From: Camelus ferus
Taxonomy: Eukaryota
Length of the DNA: 64,000 nucleotides
Assembly (NCBI RefSeq): GCF_009834535.1
Contig: NC_045696.1
Coordinates: forward strand, 86,120,001-86,184,000
Direction: 5' to 3'
Position 1 is the stretch's first letter; each line of letters begins with the position of its first letter. Below are positions 1 through 14,049 of this stretch, piece by piece. Both the position numbers and the translations under genes were made by a program. Below the pieces are notes generated by a model. It searched no databases. It was not told where the DNA came from and worked only from the letters and a program-made list of their open reading frames with translations.

Positions 1-269
1 CTGATATTATTATGTGGAAACTCATCTTTTGGGAGATCAAATGGGCCTTGATCTGGCTTGGAAATTAATTAAAATTTCTGGGGAAAAAATCACTTTCAGC
101 CTTTTATTTTATTACAGAAAATAAAAGTCCTCTTCAACTTTACTTTCTTCATGTGGAAAGCCAAGAAAGAGTCCATTTACCAGAAATAACAAATATTTCT
201 CCTCCAGGCACTTTCTTCCTATTCCCCCACCTCTTTCTCAAGGACCCCTAACTGACTGTTATAAAGGAG

Positions 270-780
270 CTTCTTTCCCAAGCCACATGGCCCTGCCCCT
301 GAACCACAGGAACTACCAGTTAGGACCGTGATGAGTAGCTTGATCAACCAGGCTAACTGGAGTCTCTCCCTGGAATTTGAAGATAGAACTGAATATTTCT
401 AGTGAGGCTCTATCAAGCCTGTGAATTAGAAAGTCACATAGAAGGAAGGCTGGGCCAGGTCCATAGAAAGATGGTCAGATGAAATAGAAGAAGGAAGCAG
501 ATAAAAAAGAAAAACAGAAGGGAGAAATAGAGAATGAAATTGTCTAACTCTAGAGAAGAGGAATACTGAGAGGCAGAAAGAGCCAGTAGGGGACAGCGAG
601 AACAAAGTTAAGAGTGAGAAAAGAGAGCTTTCTCTTCCTCTGGACTTGCTAGTTCCTGGAGTCAGCCTTTCCAAAACCTCACTGAGATTTACAGCATTGG
701 GTCTCATACCATATCATTCTAAAAATCTCCCTGTTGACTTTAACCTAACTTGCTTTGTCCTCTTTCTTGGAGCTGAAGGA
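270..780 (+). mobile_element. Ancient ERVL-type LTR (LTR33/LTR16-like)
   Basis: Motifs gagtctctccctggaattt, ctagttcctgga and a 3' tract typical of these LTRs; highly diverged. Confidence 0.35.
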
Positions 781-1859
781 GCCTCATACGAAGAAACAAA
801 AATGCAAATACACACTGAATTCAGTTCTGAAAAGTCACAAGATGAATGAGTTTTATATTTTTGGAAATACTAATTTTATTGTACTTAGGAAACTGTAAAC
901 TGCATTTTACCACAGATTGCACTGGCTATATTCTGCTCAATATGCTTAGTTTATATTTCCCAATTGACATGAGAAAACATCTATGTAGATTCAGCTTACT
1001 CACATATAATCTGGTAATTATAACACCTTAATACAAAATCTGAAATAAATTACAAAAAGCAGTTTCCACAATAATTGGAAAAAATGCTCATGCATATTTA
1101 TTACTCTGAGTTCCTCAAAGATTATTCTTTTCACATATCCCCTCTTCATGGAAACTATGAAATCTGAAGGATAAAAACAAAAACATCAAGCATGCAAATG
1201 TGTAGTGGTGCTATAAACACGCTCTTGTTTTTTCCTAACACTTCACTTTCTATCCTTTTCCAGAGAAGCAATCAACTGACATATATAATATTCCAATACA
1301 CTTTACCCACTGAAATGTTGGTATATTTGGCACTCAACTGTGTCAGATTTCACCAGCATCCAGATTTTTAAATGCATGACTGACAAATGATTTTCAGGAA
1401 ACAGTCCACTCATATAAATTGTGTTGATTTAATAGTATAAAATAAGTAAGGTGAACAGGCTTGGGTTTTGGAAATATTTGGGAGTTCATTTTAAGAACCA
1501 ACAATTATTTAGTTTTTTAATTCCTGACATATATAGTGAAAAGTGTTGAAGATACTATGAAAAAAATGAAGACATCATATCAGGTAGCTATGTTAAAATA
1601 AACTCCTAACTTTCTCTGCTGGAGATATCAGACCTCAAGAAATAGAATAAAAATTTTAAAAAAAGAAATAGAATAAAAAATCAGTAACGTTGGAGTTGAA
1701 ATAAATTGTAAATCAGTTTTATATGACAATATGATAATAAATAGAGCATCTATTCAAATCAGATGATGAACATCTCCGTGGATCAAAACTGCCTGTCTGT
1801 CCAGCATCATTGCTTCTCTTAAACTTGGCAATCCTGCTGCACAGAATGGCTCAGAGTTC

Positions 1860-2160
1860 TCTGCACACAGGGCACGCTGTCTAGGGACTGTGCCTGTGCT
1901 CATAGTGCCATCTTTCTCGGGACATTCTTCCAGAAGTCCTTCTTCAATATATCCACCAACACTTCCCTAACATGTAGGCAATGTACTTTTCCTCCACTTT
2001 CCCTTAATATGCCTTACCACATCAGATAATATAATAACATAATAATGCTTTTATGTGCCTATTTCATCTGAATGTCTCGTAGGTCTTTGAAGTGATGGGT
2101 TATTTTCTGCTCAGTCTTGTAATCCCTACAAATCCCTGGGTTTCTACTGATCAGTGCTGT
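1860..2160 (+). mobile_element. L2 3' fragment
   Basis: Diverged match to the L2 3' end (gtaggtctttgaagtgatgggttattttctgctcagtcttgtaatccct). Confidence 0.4.
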
Positions 2161-3244
2161 GGTATGACAGAAAAACTGCACCCCACTTCTTTCCTGCATT
2201 CCTGGTATAGGTAACAGCCTCCACTATCCCAAAGTCGGCTCCTAGCTGGAGGAGAAGGAAGAATGGCTTCTCTTTTGCTGCCATCTCTTGAGAGTAATCA
2301 CACTAGACATCATCTCCTTTCTTGAGCTTTCTTTCCTTGTCATGAGTTTTCTAGACATAGTTAACAGCTGGTTCTGCACTCTGACCTCTACCCAATGGCC
2401 CTCCGCCCAGAGCACCAAAGAAACCTTCATAGTCACTTGCCTCATGGTTAAATTTATTGGTGACTCCATGAGTATTTGAGGTTTTTAGACATAAATATTG
2501 ATGCTCTTTTAAATGTTAAGCTTTCACTTGGTCAGCAAACTCACTCTTCTATTTGTATTCTCTCGTATTGGAAGGAAAGGTAAAAAGATGAGAAGATCTG
2601 CTACCTTCTTAACCAGTACTGGAAGATAACCAAAGCCTTCTAAGATTATGGAAAAACATCTCTGGGGGCCTTCTGAAAAAAAGGGATGTCAGCACTGTCA
2701 TCATTGACTAGCAGAATGTGTTGTCATCCACATATCACTCAGAGACTTCAATCTAAGTGCCTATTCAAAAAGACTCGGTCCCAGTTTTCCCAGTTGACAG
2801 GTACTATCACATATATAGGAGAGTAGATATATCTGGAGAATTTATCGCCAAGTAGTATAAGATGCAGAGGAATGGAGAAAGCAAAAAAATGTCATTTTGG
2901 CCATCTGTCTGAAGAATACACTGCTGGAACTGTCAGTTTAGCCAAATTAAGGGATCTGATGATCCTTTTTTAATCCTAGAGGATTGAAATGAGGTGGTCT
3001 AATATGAACATTTTGCCAGATTTTGCTTTCAGAAATAGTGCTATGAGAGTTTGGTTAGATATTTTAATATACCACTTGGGTTGGTGAGTAAGACCCCGAC
3101 TGCTTTGTGAAATACATGAGTCTAATGAACTCTGATATATTCAGCTTGCTAAATGGGTTACAAAGTTTCAGTCCACAGAAAAATTACTTGAGATAAGAAA
3201 AAAATAGATTGAACTTCAAAAATAGACTACCATTTAATGCTCAC

Positions 3245-5130
3245 CAAAATACTGGTCAAGTGTGTAACAGAATGTCCTTCAATTTGGGTTTATAACATGT
3301 TTTGTTATTAGACTTGGATTATAAACTTTTGTGAAGAATACTTTCTCATATATTAGGAAATACATGATATCAATACAACATTATTTGTGATGAAAATTTT
3401 GATCTTTTATTAAGGGGCAATCTGGTTTCTCCAATGTAAAATTTAAAATTTTTCCATGCCATACTCCATTCATTAGAAGCAAGTCACTAAGTCAACTTAT
3501 ATTCAAGAAAAGGGTAATTCTCTACCTCTTGGAAGGAGTATCAAGGAATTTGTAGATATATGTTAAAACTGTTATACTAATTAATATGTATTTGGAGGGA
3601 GATACTTTGAAGCTCTACAAATACCTTGTTTCTCCTTAAATTTTTATTCACTAGTTTTAGCATTTACCAATGTATTTTACTGGCAGGGATTGTTACTATG
3701 TTGGATAATAATTATTTTTCCATTTACCTCATTACTTCTATATTTATTAATGAAAATTATTATGTAGGGAACATTTGTTCCTTCACCCATTTGTTTACTT
3801 ATTCAGTTATTTCTTTATATCATATGGACTCATTGGCGTTTATTTTATTCTTTGGGTTATAAGCCAATACTATCATTATTAATTTATTTATTTATTTATT
3901 TATTTATTTACTCAAATTATTCCTTCTTAAGCCAACAACGGCTCTTTCATGTTGGTGCCAATGTCCCTTTGACATGACACCATTTGTTTGTTTGCTTGTT
4001 GGTTTATTTTGCCCTGACATAGTTTGGTAGTACAAAATGCTCCAGCCTCATTTTATATTTCTCCTACCTCTGTCCTAGAACCAAGACTGTCTTCCTTTTG
4101 GGAACTATAATATTAGAAACCTAGAGCTAGGTACTGGATGTGATCATATCTACTGGGGAGTCTAATTTCATGTCCTTTTCAACAGACAAAGCTAGGAAAT
4201 ATATATATGTTATGTACATTAATTTATGTTAATTTATGTATTTTATGTATTTCCTAGGCTTGTTGTATATAATAAATATGTAAATACCTGCTCTCTCTCT
4301 CACTAAATGTATGTATATATAATACCCATGTATACATATATGTCCATGTTTATTAGTCTGTCCATCTAATATCTCACTTTACTCCATAAATACAAGATTC
4401 ATCTATCCTTCCTGCCTGGATTATTATAACTTTTTCTTTACAGTGAGAAATCTGTCCTTCATTGTTACACAATATATATGTGTATTTATTCAACCCTAGT
4501 GTACATGTGAAGTAGTTTCAAATGCTCACCTGTACCACTATGAGAAACACATTTGTCAACTATAGGACAGTATTTATGTACAGTTTTGTTTGTTTTTTGC
4601 CTTACAATGTCTAGCCCAAACACAGTCTTCCTAAGTAACTTAATTCAGCTTCCTTCTCCCCCTTTGCTAAGGTTTTCAAACACATTTCATCAAACACATT
4701 TGTAATACAGTTAGTTGCATTTGTTATAGTCTGTGTTCCATACTGTTTCCTCCCACATTGTAGTTGATTTTTCAATATTTGCCTACATTATGGTTAAATC
4801 TTTGTGACATATACTTACACAGGTTTTGACAAAACCAAGGAGATGTGTCTACCGCAACTGCCTTACAGAACAATTTCATCAAACTAAAAATTCCCTTGTG
4901 CAGCTCCTTTATAATCAAATTCTCCCCCTCCCCCAGCCTCTTACAACTGCTGGTATATTTTCCATCCAAGAGTTTTGACTTTTGTAGAAAGTCATATGAA
5001 TGTAATCACACAATTTGTAGTGTTCTGGTCTGGCTTCTTATAGTTGGCAAAATGCATTTAAGAATCATACATATTGTTGCATGAATTAATAATTAGTTGC
5101 TATTTCTTGCTAAGTTATATTCCATTAAAA
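3245..5130 (-). mobile_element. Old L1 (L1MC3/4-like) 3' UTR
   Basis: agaatgtccttcaatttgggttt, ggagggagatactttgaag, and the L1 3' antisense signature tctggcttctta...atccatattgttgcatg-like. Confidence 0.75.
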
Positions 5131-5139
5131 TGGTTTTTA

Positions 5140-6460
5140 TTCCTAGTTTACAGAGAGTGTTTATTGTGACTGAATATCAAAAGCTTTTTCTGTATCCACT
5201 GAGTTTTATAAATATGGTGAATTAATTGGCTGTTTTTTGATTGTTAGCCAGCTTTGAAATCTTAGGGTAAAACTCACTGGTCATGATGTATAATTATATA
5301 CATCATAAAATATATATACATATCATTATATGCTTCTAAGCTCACTTAGGTTGTTGGTAGAATTTATTGCCTAGTGGTTATAGTTCTGAGGGCACCAGCT
5401 TCTTGGAGACAGTAGCTGAGGCAGTGCTCAGGTTCCAGAGACCACCTCCACTTCACAGAGGCTGTCTGCAGTTTCTTTCCATGTGGGATTCCTCAACATG
5501 GCCACTTACTTCATCAAGCCAACAAGGAGAGTTCCTACCAGTAAGACAGAGACACACACAATGTGATATAATCATGGGACTGACATTCCAATATTTTTTT
5601 CCATATTCTGTTGTTAGAAGCAAATTTTAGGTCCCACATATATGCAAAGGGAGAGAACACAGGAGTCAGTAATCATGGGGGTCACTCAAGAGTCTTTCTG
5701 CCACAGTCAGTCTGACTGGAGATTTATCAATTCATTGATCTTCTCAAGGTACTAGTTTTTGGTTTTATTGATTCTTTTTCTATTATTGTATTCAATTTCA
5801 TTTGTTTCTGTTCTAATGTTTTTTATTGTCTTCCTCATATTCTCTTCATGTTTTATTTGCTCTTATGTCTCTAGTTTCTTAAGAAGGAAGCTTAGGGTAC
5901 TTACCCTAGGTTTTTCTTACTTTCTATTGTAAGCCTTTACTGCTACAGTTTCCCTCTAAGTTCTACTTTAGCTATATCCCACAAATTTTATGTTGTGTTT
6001 TCATTTTTTATTCAGTTCAACTTTAAAAATTTCTTTTCAAATGTATTCTTTAACTCATGGATTATGTAGAAATGTGAATCTCAATTTGAGTATCTTTTTG
6101 GTATTGATTTTTGTTTGACTCTGTTATCAACTGAGAATGTACTTTGTATTATTTATATTCTTTTACTTTTCTAAAGGTTTGTATTATGACCCAGAATATG
6201 GTCTGCACTGGTGAATGTTGTGTATGCTATTGACAAGAACATATATTATGTTGTTGGCTGAAGTGTTTTATAAATGTTAGTTAGGTGGAGTTGACTGATA
6301 CTGCAGTTCAAGAGGTCTATATACTTACTGATTTTTTCCCTCTACTTTTTCTGTCAATTACTGAGAAAGAAATATCAAAGCCTCCAAATATAATTGTGAA
6401 TTTGCCCACTTATTCTATGAAATCTGTTACTTACTGCCTCATGTATTTTGAAGCTGTAGC
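5140..6460 (-). mobile_element. L1 ORF2 remnants, interrupted by an MLT1 LTR
   Basis: Antisense ORF2 signatures such as tatgacccagaatatggtct and ttccctctaagttctactttagctatatcccac. Confidence 0.75.
5340..5705 (-). mobile_element. MaLR LTR (MLT1 family), partial
   Basis: gttgttggtagaattt, acttacttcatcaagcc, tattctgttgttagaagca; ends ctgccaca (TG on the minus strand). Confidence 0.75.
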
Positions 6461-7714
6461 TATATATGCCATTTTGAAGTCTAGCATAAAAAAATCTGTA
6501 AATTTTCTAGGTAGCAATAATTATTTGAAAATTTGATATCTCCCAGAAATGAAAGTAAGTGTGAACTTCATCCTATAGCAAATGAAGTAGAATCATGAAA
6601 AAAAATATGTAGACTCATGGAATAAGATAGAACTTAATTTTTTAAATAACAGTGAAGAGCATGTAGATTCTCTCACTAATATCACTCCAGTATCTAGTAT
6701 CACTGGAATTTTGTTTTCTGTTTCTTATTAGGTGATATATTGAAAGAATATTGGCTCTAACATTAGACTATATGGTCCCTGAAGAATTGTTTTATAACTC
6801 AGCCTCCCATATTACATTCTTATTTTATATTAGGCTACTAGTCTCTTCCAAGAGCCATGACCTATAAGTAGTAACTGGTTTCCTTTGAGGCCCTACACGG
6901 CTTTATTCACAATGCTAGTTATAACACAAATTTTGGCTAACTCACTTCTGAATCCAGCATCATTTCCTCAGAACTCCAGACTATCATTACATTTGTTGGA
7001 TTAAACAACTTTTGACCTCTGGGATAGCATTTAGTACACTAGAGCAGACTTTCTGTATTAGACTAATGATGCACTAAATGGCACATTGATGACCTGAAAG
7101 AATAAATGTGTCTCCTTGAGAACAGGACTTCTAACCAGGGAGAAGCTTGGACATTAGGAAAAAAGATGACTCATTAATGCTTAACCATCAGCTGCGTAAT
7201 CAATAATCTAAGAACCCAGAAGGTCTCTTTATGTAGTGAGGTATTAATATATTATTAATACTCTTTTTAAACATTGATAAGGCACAGCTTGTCAGCTAAT
7301 TAAAACACTGTTTCTCCTAGATTAATACAAGAGAAAGAGTAAATTTCCAGTATATTCCTGTCAATTGATTAGCTTATAGACTGACTTACTAGGATTATAT
7401 TTCATTAAAGCCCTATTTATTACCAGCAAAAAACAAGTTCTGTTTGTCAGCATTAGTTTGCTTTTACAATCCTCCTTTTCCCCTCAAAAATCTCTCTCTA
7501 TAAAAAGGTCAGTTACCCTCACTTTGAAAGTTTATACTCATACACACGTATTTAAAGTTTGTAGTTAAATTGCATGAAACTGTAAATTCATGTTTCCTTG
7601 CTGAAGTTAGAGTTTTTCTTTTAATTTCTCAATTAAGAAGGTAGTCAGATTAACAGGGTTATAATTATACCAATTATTGAGTATGTACTATATGAATAAG
7701 CTATTTAACTTTTC

Positions 7715-8005
7715 ATTGTTAATCATTATAGACTCACAAGAATTGCACAAATAGTACATAAATATTTTTGCACCTTTAACCTAGATTCCCCCAGTGGAGA
7801 TATATAACTAGTACAAAATCAAAACCAAGAAATTGACATTGATATATTGGTATACTGTTACCTAGACTACAGACGTTATTCGGTTTCATAATTTTTTAAA
7901 GCTTTCATTTATTTGTGTGTGTGTGTGTAAGTGTGTGTATAGGTGTAAATAATTCTATTCACTTCTATTTCATGTGAAATTTTGTGTAACCACACCACAG
8001 TCAAT
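7715..8005 (-). mobile_element. Old L1 3' end fragment
   Basis: tagactcacaagaattgcacaaatagtaca...aaaccaagaaattgacattg. Confidence 0.6.
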
Positions 8006-8354
8006 CTCTTTTAAGAAATGTAGAGAGACTGAATTTGATATTAAAACTAAGAATTTTTATTCAAAATCTACATTAGAAAGAGATTAAGATACAAAAAATA
8101 AAGCAATTTAATTACTGTGGAAAATTAGTAAAAACTGATCTTGTTACATAGTATTATAATAAGAACCAGGTTATATGGCAACTGTCTCAAAAAATCAGAG
8201 GAAGAATATGCTTGAAAAAACATGTTCAAATATAATAGAAAATACAAGTTAATGGCAAAATAAGATTTGCTATATATATCAGAAATTATTTTGGTAATAA
8301 TATATCATGTATGTTTAAAGTACAAAGTTTTTAGTGACAAATAATTTTATAATT

Positions 8355-8772
8355 TTTAATAGGCTATTTTTTTTCAGAGCAGTTTCAGGGTCCATAGCAA
8401 AACTGAGCAGAAGGTAAGAGATTTCCTTATACTCCCTGCTGTCACACATGCATAGCCTCTTCATTACCAACATCCTCCACCAGAGTGGTACATTTAGTAC
8501 AACTGCTGTATCTACATTGACATCATTAACACCCAGAGTCCATAGCCTAAACTCGATTTTACTCTTAGTATTGTACATGCTATTGGTTTGGACAAACATA
8601 AAATGATATGTATACACCATTATAATACCATACAGAATAGTTACACTACACTACAGATCCTCTGTTCTCAGCCTATTCATTTGACCCTTTCCTCTAACCA
8701 CCCCCTCCAACCTCTAACCCCTCTAATCAGCAACCACTGATATTATTGTCTTCCTAGTTTTGCCTTTTCCAG
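8355..8772 (-). mobile_element. L1MC1/2-like 3' end
   Basis: agagcagtttcagggtccatagcaaaactgagcagaagg...caccagagtggtacattt...ttttgccttttccagaa. Confidence 0.8.
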
Positions 8773-9297
8773 AAAACCTAGATATCCTAGTATTTGGTAG
8801 TGACTTTTTAGATATAACACCAAGTCACAATCCATGAAAGAAATAATTGATAAACTGAACTTCATTGAAATTAAAAATTTCTGATTTGCAAAAGATACTG
8901 TCAAGAGAATTAGAAGACAAGCCACAGACTGGGGGAAAAAATTTGCAAAAAACACAGAAGATAAAGAGCTGTTATCCAAAATATACAAAAAACTCTTAAA
9001 CCTCAATAAGAAGAACACAAGCAACCCAATTAAAAAAATAAGCCAATGACCTAAAAAAGACATCTCACCAAGGAAGACACAGAAATGGCAAATAAGCACT
9101 TGAAAAGATGCTCCACATCATATGTCACCAGGGAAGTGCAAATTAAAACAACAAAGAGATACCACTATATACTTTTTAGAATGGCCAAAATTAGGAACAG
9201 TGACAACACCAAATGCTGGAGAGGATATAGAGCAATAAGAGCTCTCATTTATTTCTGGTGGGAATGCGAAATGGTACAGCCACGCTGAAAGATAGTT
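8773..9297 (+). mobile_element. L1 ORF2 C-terminal fragment, inverted relative to the adjoining 3' end
   Basis: ORF 9085-9288 MANKHLKRCSTSYVTREVQIKTTKRYHY...KCW matches the L1 ORF2 C-terminus. Confidence 0.85.
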
Positions 9298-10096
9298 TTT
9301 GTTAGAAGTTATGAATGTAAGTGAATATTGACTTTAAAACAATGAAAGGAAAAGTTTCCCTCTTCTCTCCCCAGTTCGCATTTGATGACAACAAGATGTT
9401 CCTGTCTAGAACTAATTAAAATTATATATGCCAAAAGACTAAACATAAAAGTTAAAGTTACACCATTATAGAAGAAGACTATCTCTTTAGAAGAGTCATT
9501 GACATGAGAATATCCTACAAGGGAAGTCACAAAGTCAGGCATCATAAATCAGCTGAATAAGAGGTTAGAAATATCATTGGATTGTAAAAAGAAAGCAATA
9601 TTCCTAGAAAGACTTTATTTGAATGATCTTTTTATTTTTTCCTAGTTTTCTTGCCTTCACCATACATAAATTTGATTATTTCTGTTACATCTGGATATCC
9701 TTTTACTTTTTATGAGGAATCAAAAAATAGATTTGATATATAGTTGGGAACTGAAGTGTAGGGATAAAGAGCATTAATTAACACAGTGAAAGTAAAGAAT
9801 TTTCTCTGACTCAAGTGGGATCATGCTTATTGCCTTTAGAGGAAAAAAAATTTGTTTATATTGTGACAATATAGTTAATGAAATGTACATAAGACCGCAC
9901 TCAATTTGATAAATGGTTCAGTTCAGGCTATGTTAACTACAGCAAAAATGTGTTTTCCAGAAAGAAACTGTCATCTATCTTAACTTCCACGAAACTTATT
10001 CACTATCTGTTCTGATAGAAAGTTATAAGAAACTATTCATTTATATGGCAGCATAACAAATGATAAGAACCTTGGCTTAAAACAACAAACATTTAG

Positions 10097-10900
10097 CAGA
10101 ATGGCCATCATTCAAAAGTCCACAAACAATAATGCTGGAGAGGGTGTGGAGAAAAGGGAACCTTCTTACACTGTTATTGGGAATGTAGTTTGGTGCAGCC
10201 ACTATGGAAAACAGTATGGAGATTCCTCAAAAAACTAAAAATAGACTTACCATATGATCCAGCAATCCCACTCCTGGCCATATATCCAGAGGGAACCTTA
10301 ATTCAAAAAGATACCTGCACCCCAGTGTTCATAGCAGCACTATTTACAGTAGTCAAGACATGGAAACAATCTAAATGTCCATTGACAGATGACTGGATGA
10401 AGAAGTTGTGGTATATTTATACAATGAAATACTCCTCAGCCATAAAAAATAATGAAATAATGCCATTTGCAGCAACATGGATGGACCTGGAGATTGTCAT
10501 TCTAAGTGAAGTAAGTCAGAAAGAGAAAGAAAAATACCATATGTTATCACTTATATGTGGAATCTAAAAAAAACAAAAGACATTTATTTACAACACAGAA
10601 ACAAACTTACAGACATAGAAAACAAACTTATGGTTACTGGGGAGGGGAAGGAGGTAGGAAGGGATAAATTGGGAGTTCGAGATTTGCAGATACTAACTAC
10701 TATATATAAAATAGATAAACAACAAGTTTCTATTGTATAGCATAAGGAACTATATTCAATATCCTGTAGTAACTTATGGTTAAAAAGAATATGAAAATGA
10801 ATATATGTATGTTCCTATATGACTGAAGTATTTTGCTGTACACCAGAAATTGTCACAACATTGTAAACTGACTATATTTCAATAAAAATATTTTAAAAAA
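10097..10900 (+). mobile_element. Relatively young 5'-truncated L1 (camelid L1_Vpa-like): ORF2 C-terminus, 3' UTR and A tail
   Basis: ORF 10190-10567 [28 protein letters not shown]...MPFAATWMDLE. AATAAA at 10881 followed by an A-rich tail. Preceded by a ~55 bp MLT1 end. Confidence 0.95.
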
Positions 10901-11745
10901 TGAAATTTAGACTTACACAAAGCTGATCTCTATGAAGAGTTAAATATTTTAGAAAAAATATTCCTTGAGAATTATTAAATCTAGTTGTATTAAACTTATA
11001 TTTCTAAATAATGTATCAGAAAATTTCCTTAGTGTCACAGCCTATACGATACTCTTAACAGACTAAAAAGTTACACCAGCAGAAAGATCTTTTTCAAAAT
11101 GAAAAATTAGCCAAATTATTTGCAATAATGTATTAGCCAAGAGTGAGTGATGCTGCTTTCAATAATATAGATTGAAAATGAAGTCACTAAAAATACACAT
11201 TTTGATGAATTAATAAATGAACTTGCAGAGAAGTGAGTCAGAAAAATCTATTAAGAAATAACCTTAGTAAAATACAGTTGACCCTTGAATGACATGGGAA
11301 TTAGGAGCCCTGAACCTCCATGCAGTTGAAAATCTGCATATAATTTAAAGTTGTCCCTCCGTATCCATGTTTCTACATCTGTGGATTCAAGCAACTACAG
11401 ATAATGTAGTACTATAGTATATACTATTGAAAAAATACCCACATAGAAGTGGGCCTGCACAGTTCAAATCCATGTTTGTTCAAGGGTCAACTATATTATT
11501 ATTAATTTTATTAAATGAAATTGTAGTACCAAAATAAGATTTTCTTGCAATTTTTAAGTTTATGTTGTTACAGTATTACAAAATAGCAGTATTACTCCAA
11601 TTATATTTATAAGTAATAAAAGTATTTTTATGGGGGAGAGTTTTATATTTTAGCACATTTAACAGTGCTTTTCATCTGTGCTGGGAACAAGGAGCCTTGA
11701 ATTTTCATTTTATTCTGGGCACTGCAGTATATATAATTAGCCCTG
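10901..11745 (+). mobile_element. hAT-Tip100 (Zaphod-like) transposon 3' part with transposase dimerisation-domain remnant
   Basis: Translates AYTILLT..AERSFSK and IENEVTKNTHFDELINELAEK*VRK. Ends gaacaaggagcc...ttttcatttt...tgggcactgca...gccctg. Confidence 0.8.
11275..11493 (+). mobile_element. MER8-like Tigger MITE nested in Zaphod
   Basis: TIRs CAGTTGACCCTTGAA / TTCAAGGGTCAACTA, flanked by TA. Confidence 0.9.
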
Positions 11746-11849
11746 TCAATGGTTTACAACCCATTACTACCACTATTTATTTTGATACTTAAATTGTCCA
11801 AAATGTGGGAGCCCCTCCAAGCAGGCTTCTGAATGCTTTGACATGTGGA

Positions 11850-12093
11850 CAGTAGGCAAATACAAAGAGACTCAAAATAGACTACTGGTAGCCTAAGACT
11901 GGTGGCCAAGAGGGAGCAAGAATGGGAGTGAATGCTAATGGATGGGGGGTTTCTTTGGGAGTGATGAAAATATTCTATAATTAGATAGTTATGATGTTTG
12001 CAGAACTCTGTGAACATACTGTAGTCCCACTGAATTATACACTTCAAAATGGTTAAGTATACAGTTTATGAATCATGTCTTAATAAAGCTATT
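11850..12093 (+). mobile_element. L1MB-like 3' end
   Basis: tttctttgggagtgatgaaaatattct...cactgaattatacactt...aataaagct. Confidence 0.75.
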
Positions 12094-12149
12094 ACAATTA
12101 ATTTTGCACTTAGTAAGATTGCTTAATATTATAATAAAAGGTCTGCTTA

Positions 12150-12890
12150 GTTCTAGCACCCCACTAGGCGTCTCCACACCCTTTATACATGCTCTCCTCA
12201 CCCCACTGGGGTCTGACATCCTGCTCTGACTCACTGTAAATTTTGTGTACACTCTCTGTTCCTGTACATAAATACATAGGCCTGCTAAGTCAGTTTTTCA
12301 GGCTCTGCCAAAATATAATTCTATATAATCTCTTTACTATGAAACTATGAGTTGGTGGCAGTATCTGCAACATTAACAACTCAATAGTCATTTAAGTTTC
12401 CTCTATTTTCTTAATATAAATCCCCTTCTCCACTCTGCTCACTGCAGACATTGATTTCATACAAGACATTTATGAAAAGTACATATTTTGAGGAACTGAG
12501 AGCCAAGTCTATTACTGCCAGTGAAGGGAGAGACAAATATGAAAACAGAGAAGACTAGAATGAATACTGAGGTGTTATATTGCTTGACTCCAGTACTCAT
12601 ATCAGACCCCGCTCACACCCTGTATGCATGCTGTCCTTGTCCCACTGAGCCTCTTTGGGTCACCCTGCTTCGGGTCACCCTAAATACCACCACCCCTCAT
12701 GTATACTCTCCTCACCCTGCCTAGGCTTCATTACCATGTCCAAAGCTGCCTCCTTGAGGACTGCCCTCCTCACCCCGCGGGGGCTGTGCTGGCAGGGGCT
12801 CCCCTCTGCCTATACTCTCCTCATTTCACTCTGGCTCCACCATCCGCAGTGGGCTCTGTATTTCTCCCTACCCCACTGCCATGTGGTCCA
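12150..12890 (-). mobile_element. Old L1 (L1MC/L1ME) 3' UTR with degenerate C-rich repeat units
   Basis: Recurrent ctc(t)cctcaccc... units near 12193, 12707, 12765 and 12815. Confidence 0.5.
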
Positions 12891-14049
12891 GGGTGGTTTT
12901 AAAAGTGGAGTCTTGATTATGGAAGTCTTGGCATAAATGAGAGTCAGAATCAGAAAGTATGGTTGGAAAGGGGGGATTTAATTAATGACTTTGGAAGATA
13001 TACAGCTACTGCTGGTAATGATAAAATCCAGAACATGAGCAGGAGTGTTGAGACCATAATGGAGAGCAGATGCTTTTGCCTTTAAAACTGTTAGAACAAC
13101 AGGTATATAAACAAGCCAAATGCAGTTTCAGAGGAAAGTTATCAAAGTCGTTAAGAATATCAGTTGTCTGTAAAGATTTATCTGTATTGTCTTTGACCAT
13201 TGAACTCACTATTGAAGCCAAAAAAAGATATTAAGCAATCATTTGAGGCAAAATATTTGATTTTGTCTCAATTTCTGAAACACTTACATATATTACAGAA
13301 ATTACAAAACATGCCTTGCGTGTTAATTAATCACACAGTTGCAAAACAATCAGACTATACACCAAGGACTTAAAATAGACTACTATAATCAACACGCAGT
13401 TTTTAATGGTCTGTTGATTACTCTTTTGAATGTAATTTAAATATAATAAAAATGAGAAACATAAAAACTAATTCCATTAGAATGTGAGTTTGGAATTGTA
13501 CTTTTTAATGGTTGAGTCCACACTGACGATAAATAATATCATGCTGTTTAATTACTTGGAGAAACTCTAGCTATTTAAAATAGATATTTCATGACACTGA
13601 TAATTACAACAGAGCAAATATATTTTAGGATTGTTTAATTTAGTCATTTTTTTTGCAGATAAAATTAGATTATATTTATATATATGGTGGAGTGAGATAC
13701 AGAAAGAGGTAGAGGTAGAGACAGAGACAGAGACAGGTTTAGATATAGTGAGTTTAGAAATAGACCTATTCTAGACTGACCTAGCAAAGACCTAGATTCC
13801 TTGACAGGATTTAGTTTAAAAATAAATTTAAAATATTGTAAAAATATTTTGACAAAGTTCCTAAACATCGGCATTTCAACAAAAAGAAAACATACGCAGA
13901 GATTTATTTCGCCCTTTTAAAAAATATATAAATTGAATGATTCTATATAGAGATGTTGCAGATACCTTTAATCCTACCTGTTAATCTTACCTTTAATCCT
14001 AAGTGTTTAATATTTTGGTGCTCCTGTGAACAATCATTTTTTTCTTTTT

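Noticed and set aside
2220..2640. Minus-strand frame with protein-like text (EYK*KSEFADQVKA*HLKEH...HDKERKLKKGDDV*CDYSQEMAAKEK), possibly an old retrocopy
   Set aside because: Parent gene not recognised and stop density is near random. Needs BLASTx.
12150..12890. Spaced C-rich repeats superficially like a repeat array
   Set aside because: Degenerate, irregular units typical of old L1 3' UTRs. No CRISPR-like structure, and the DNA is mammalian.
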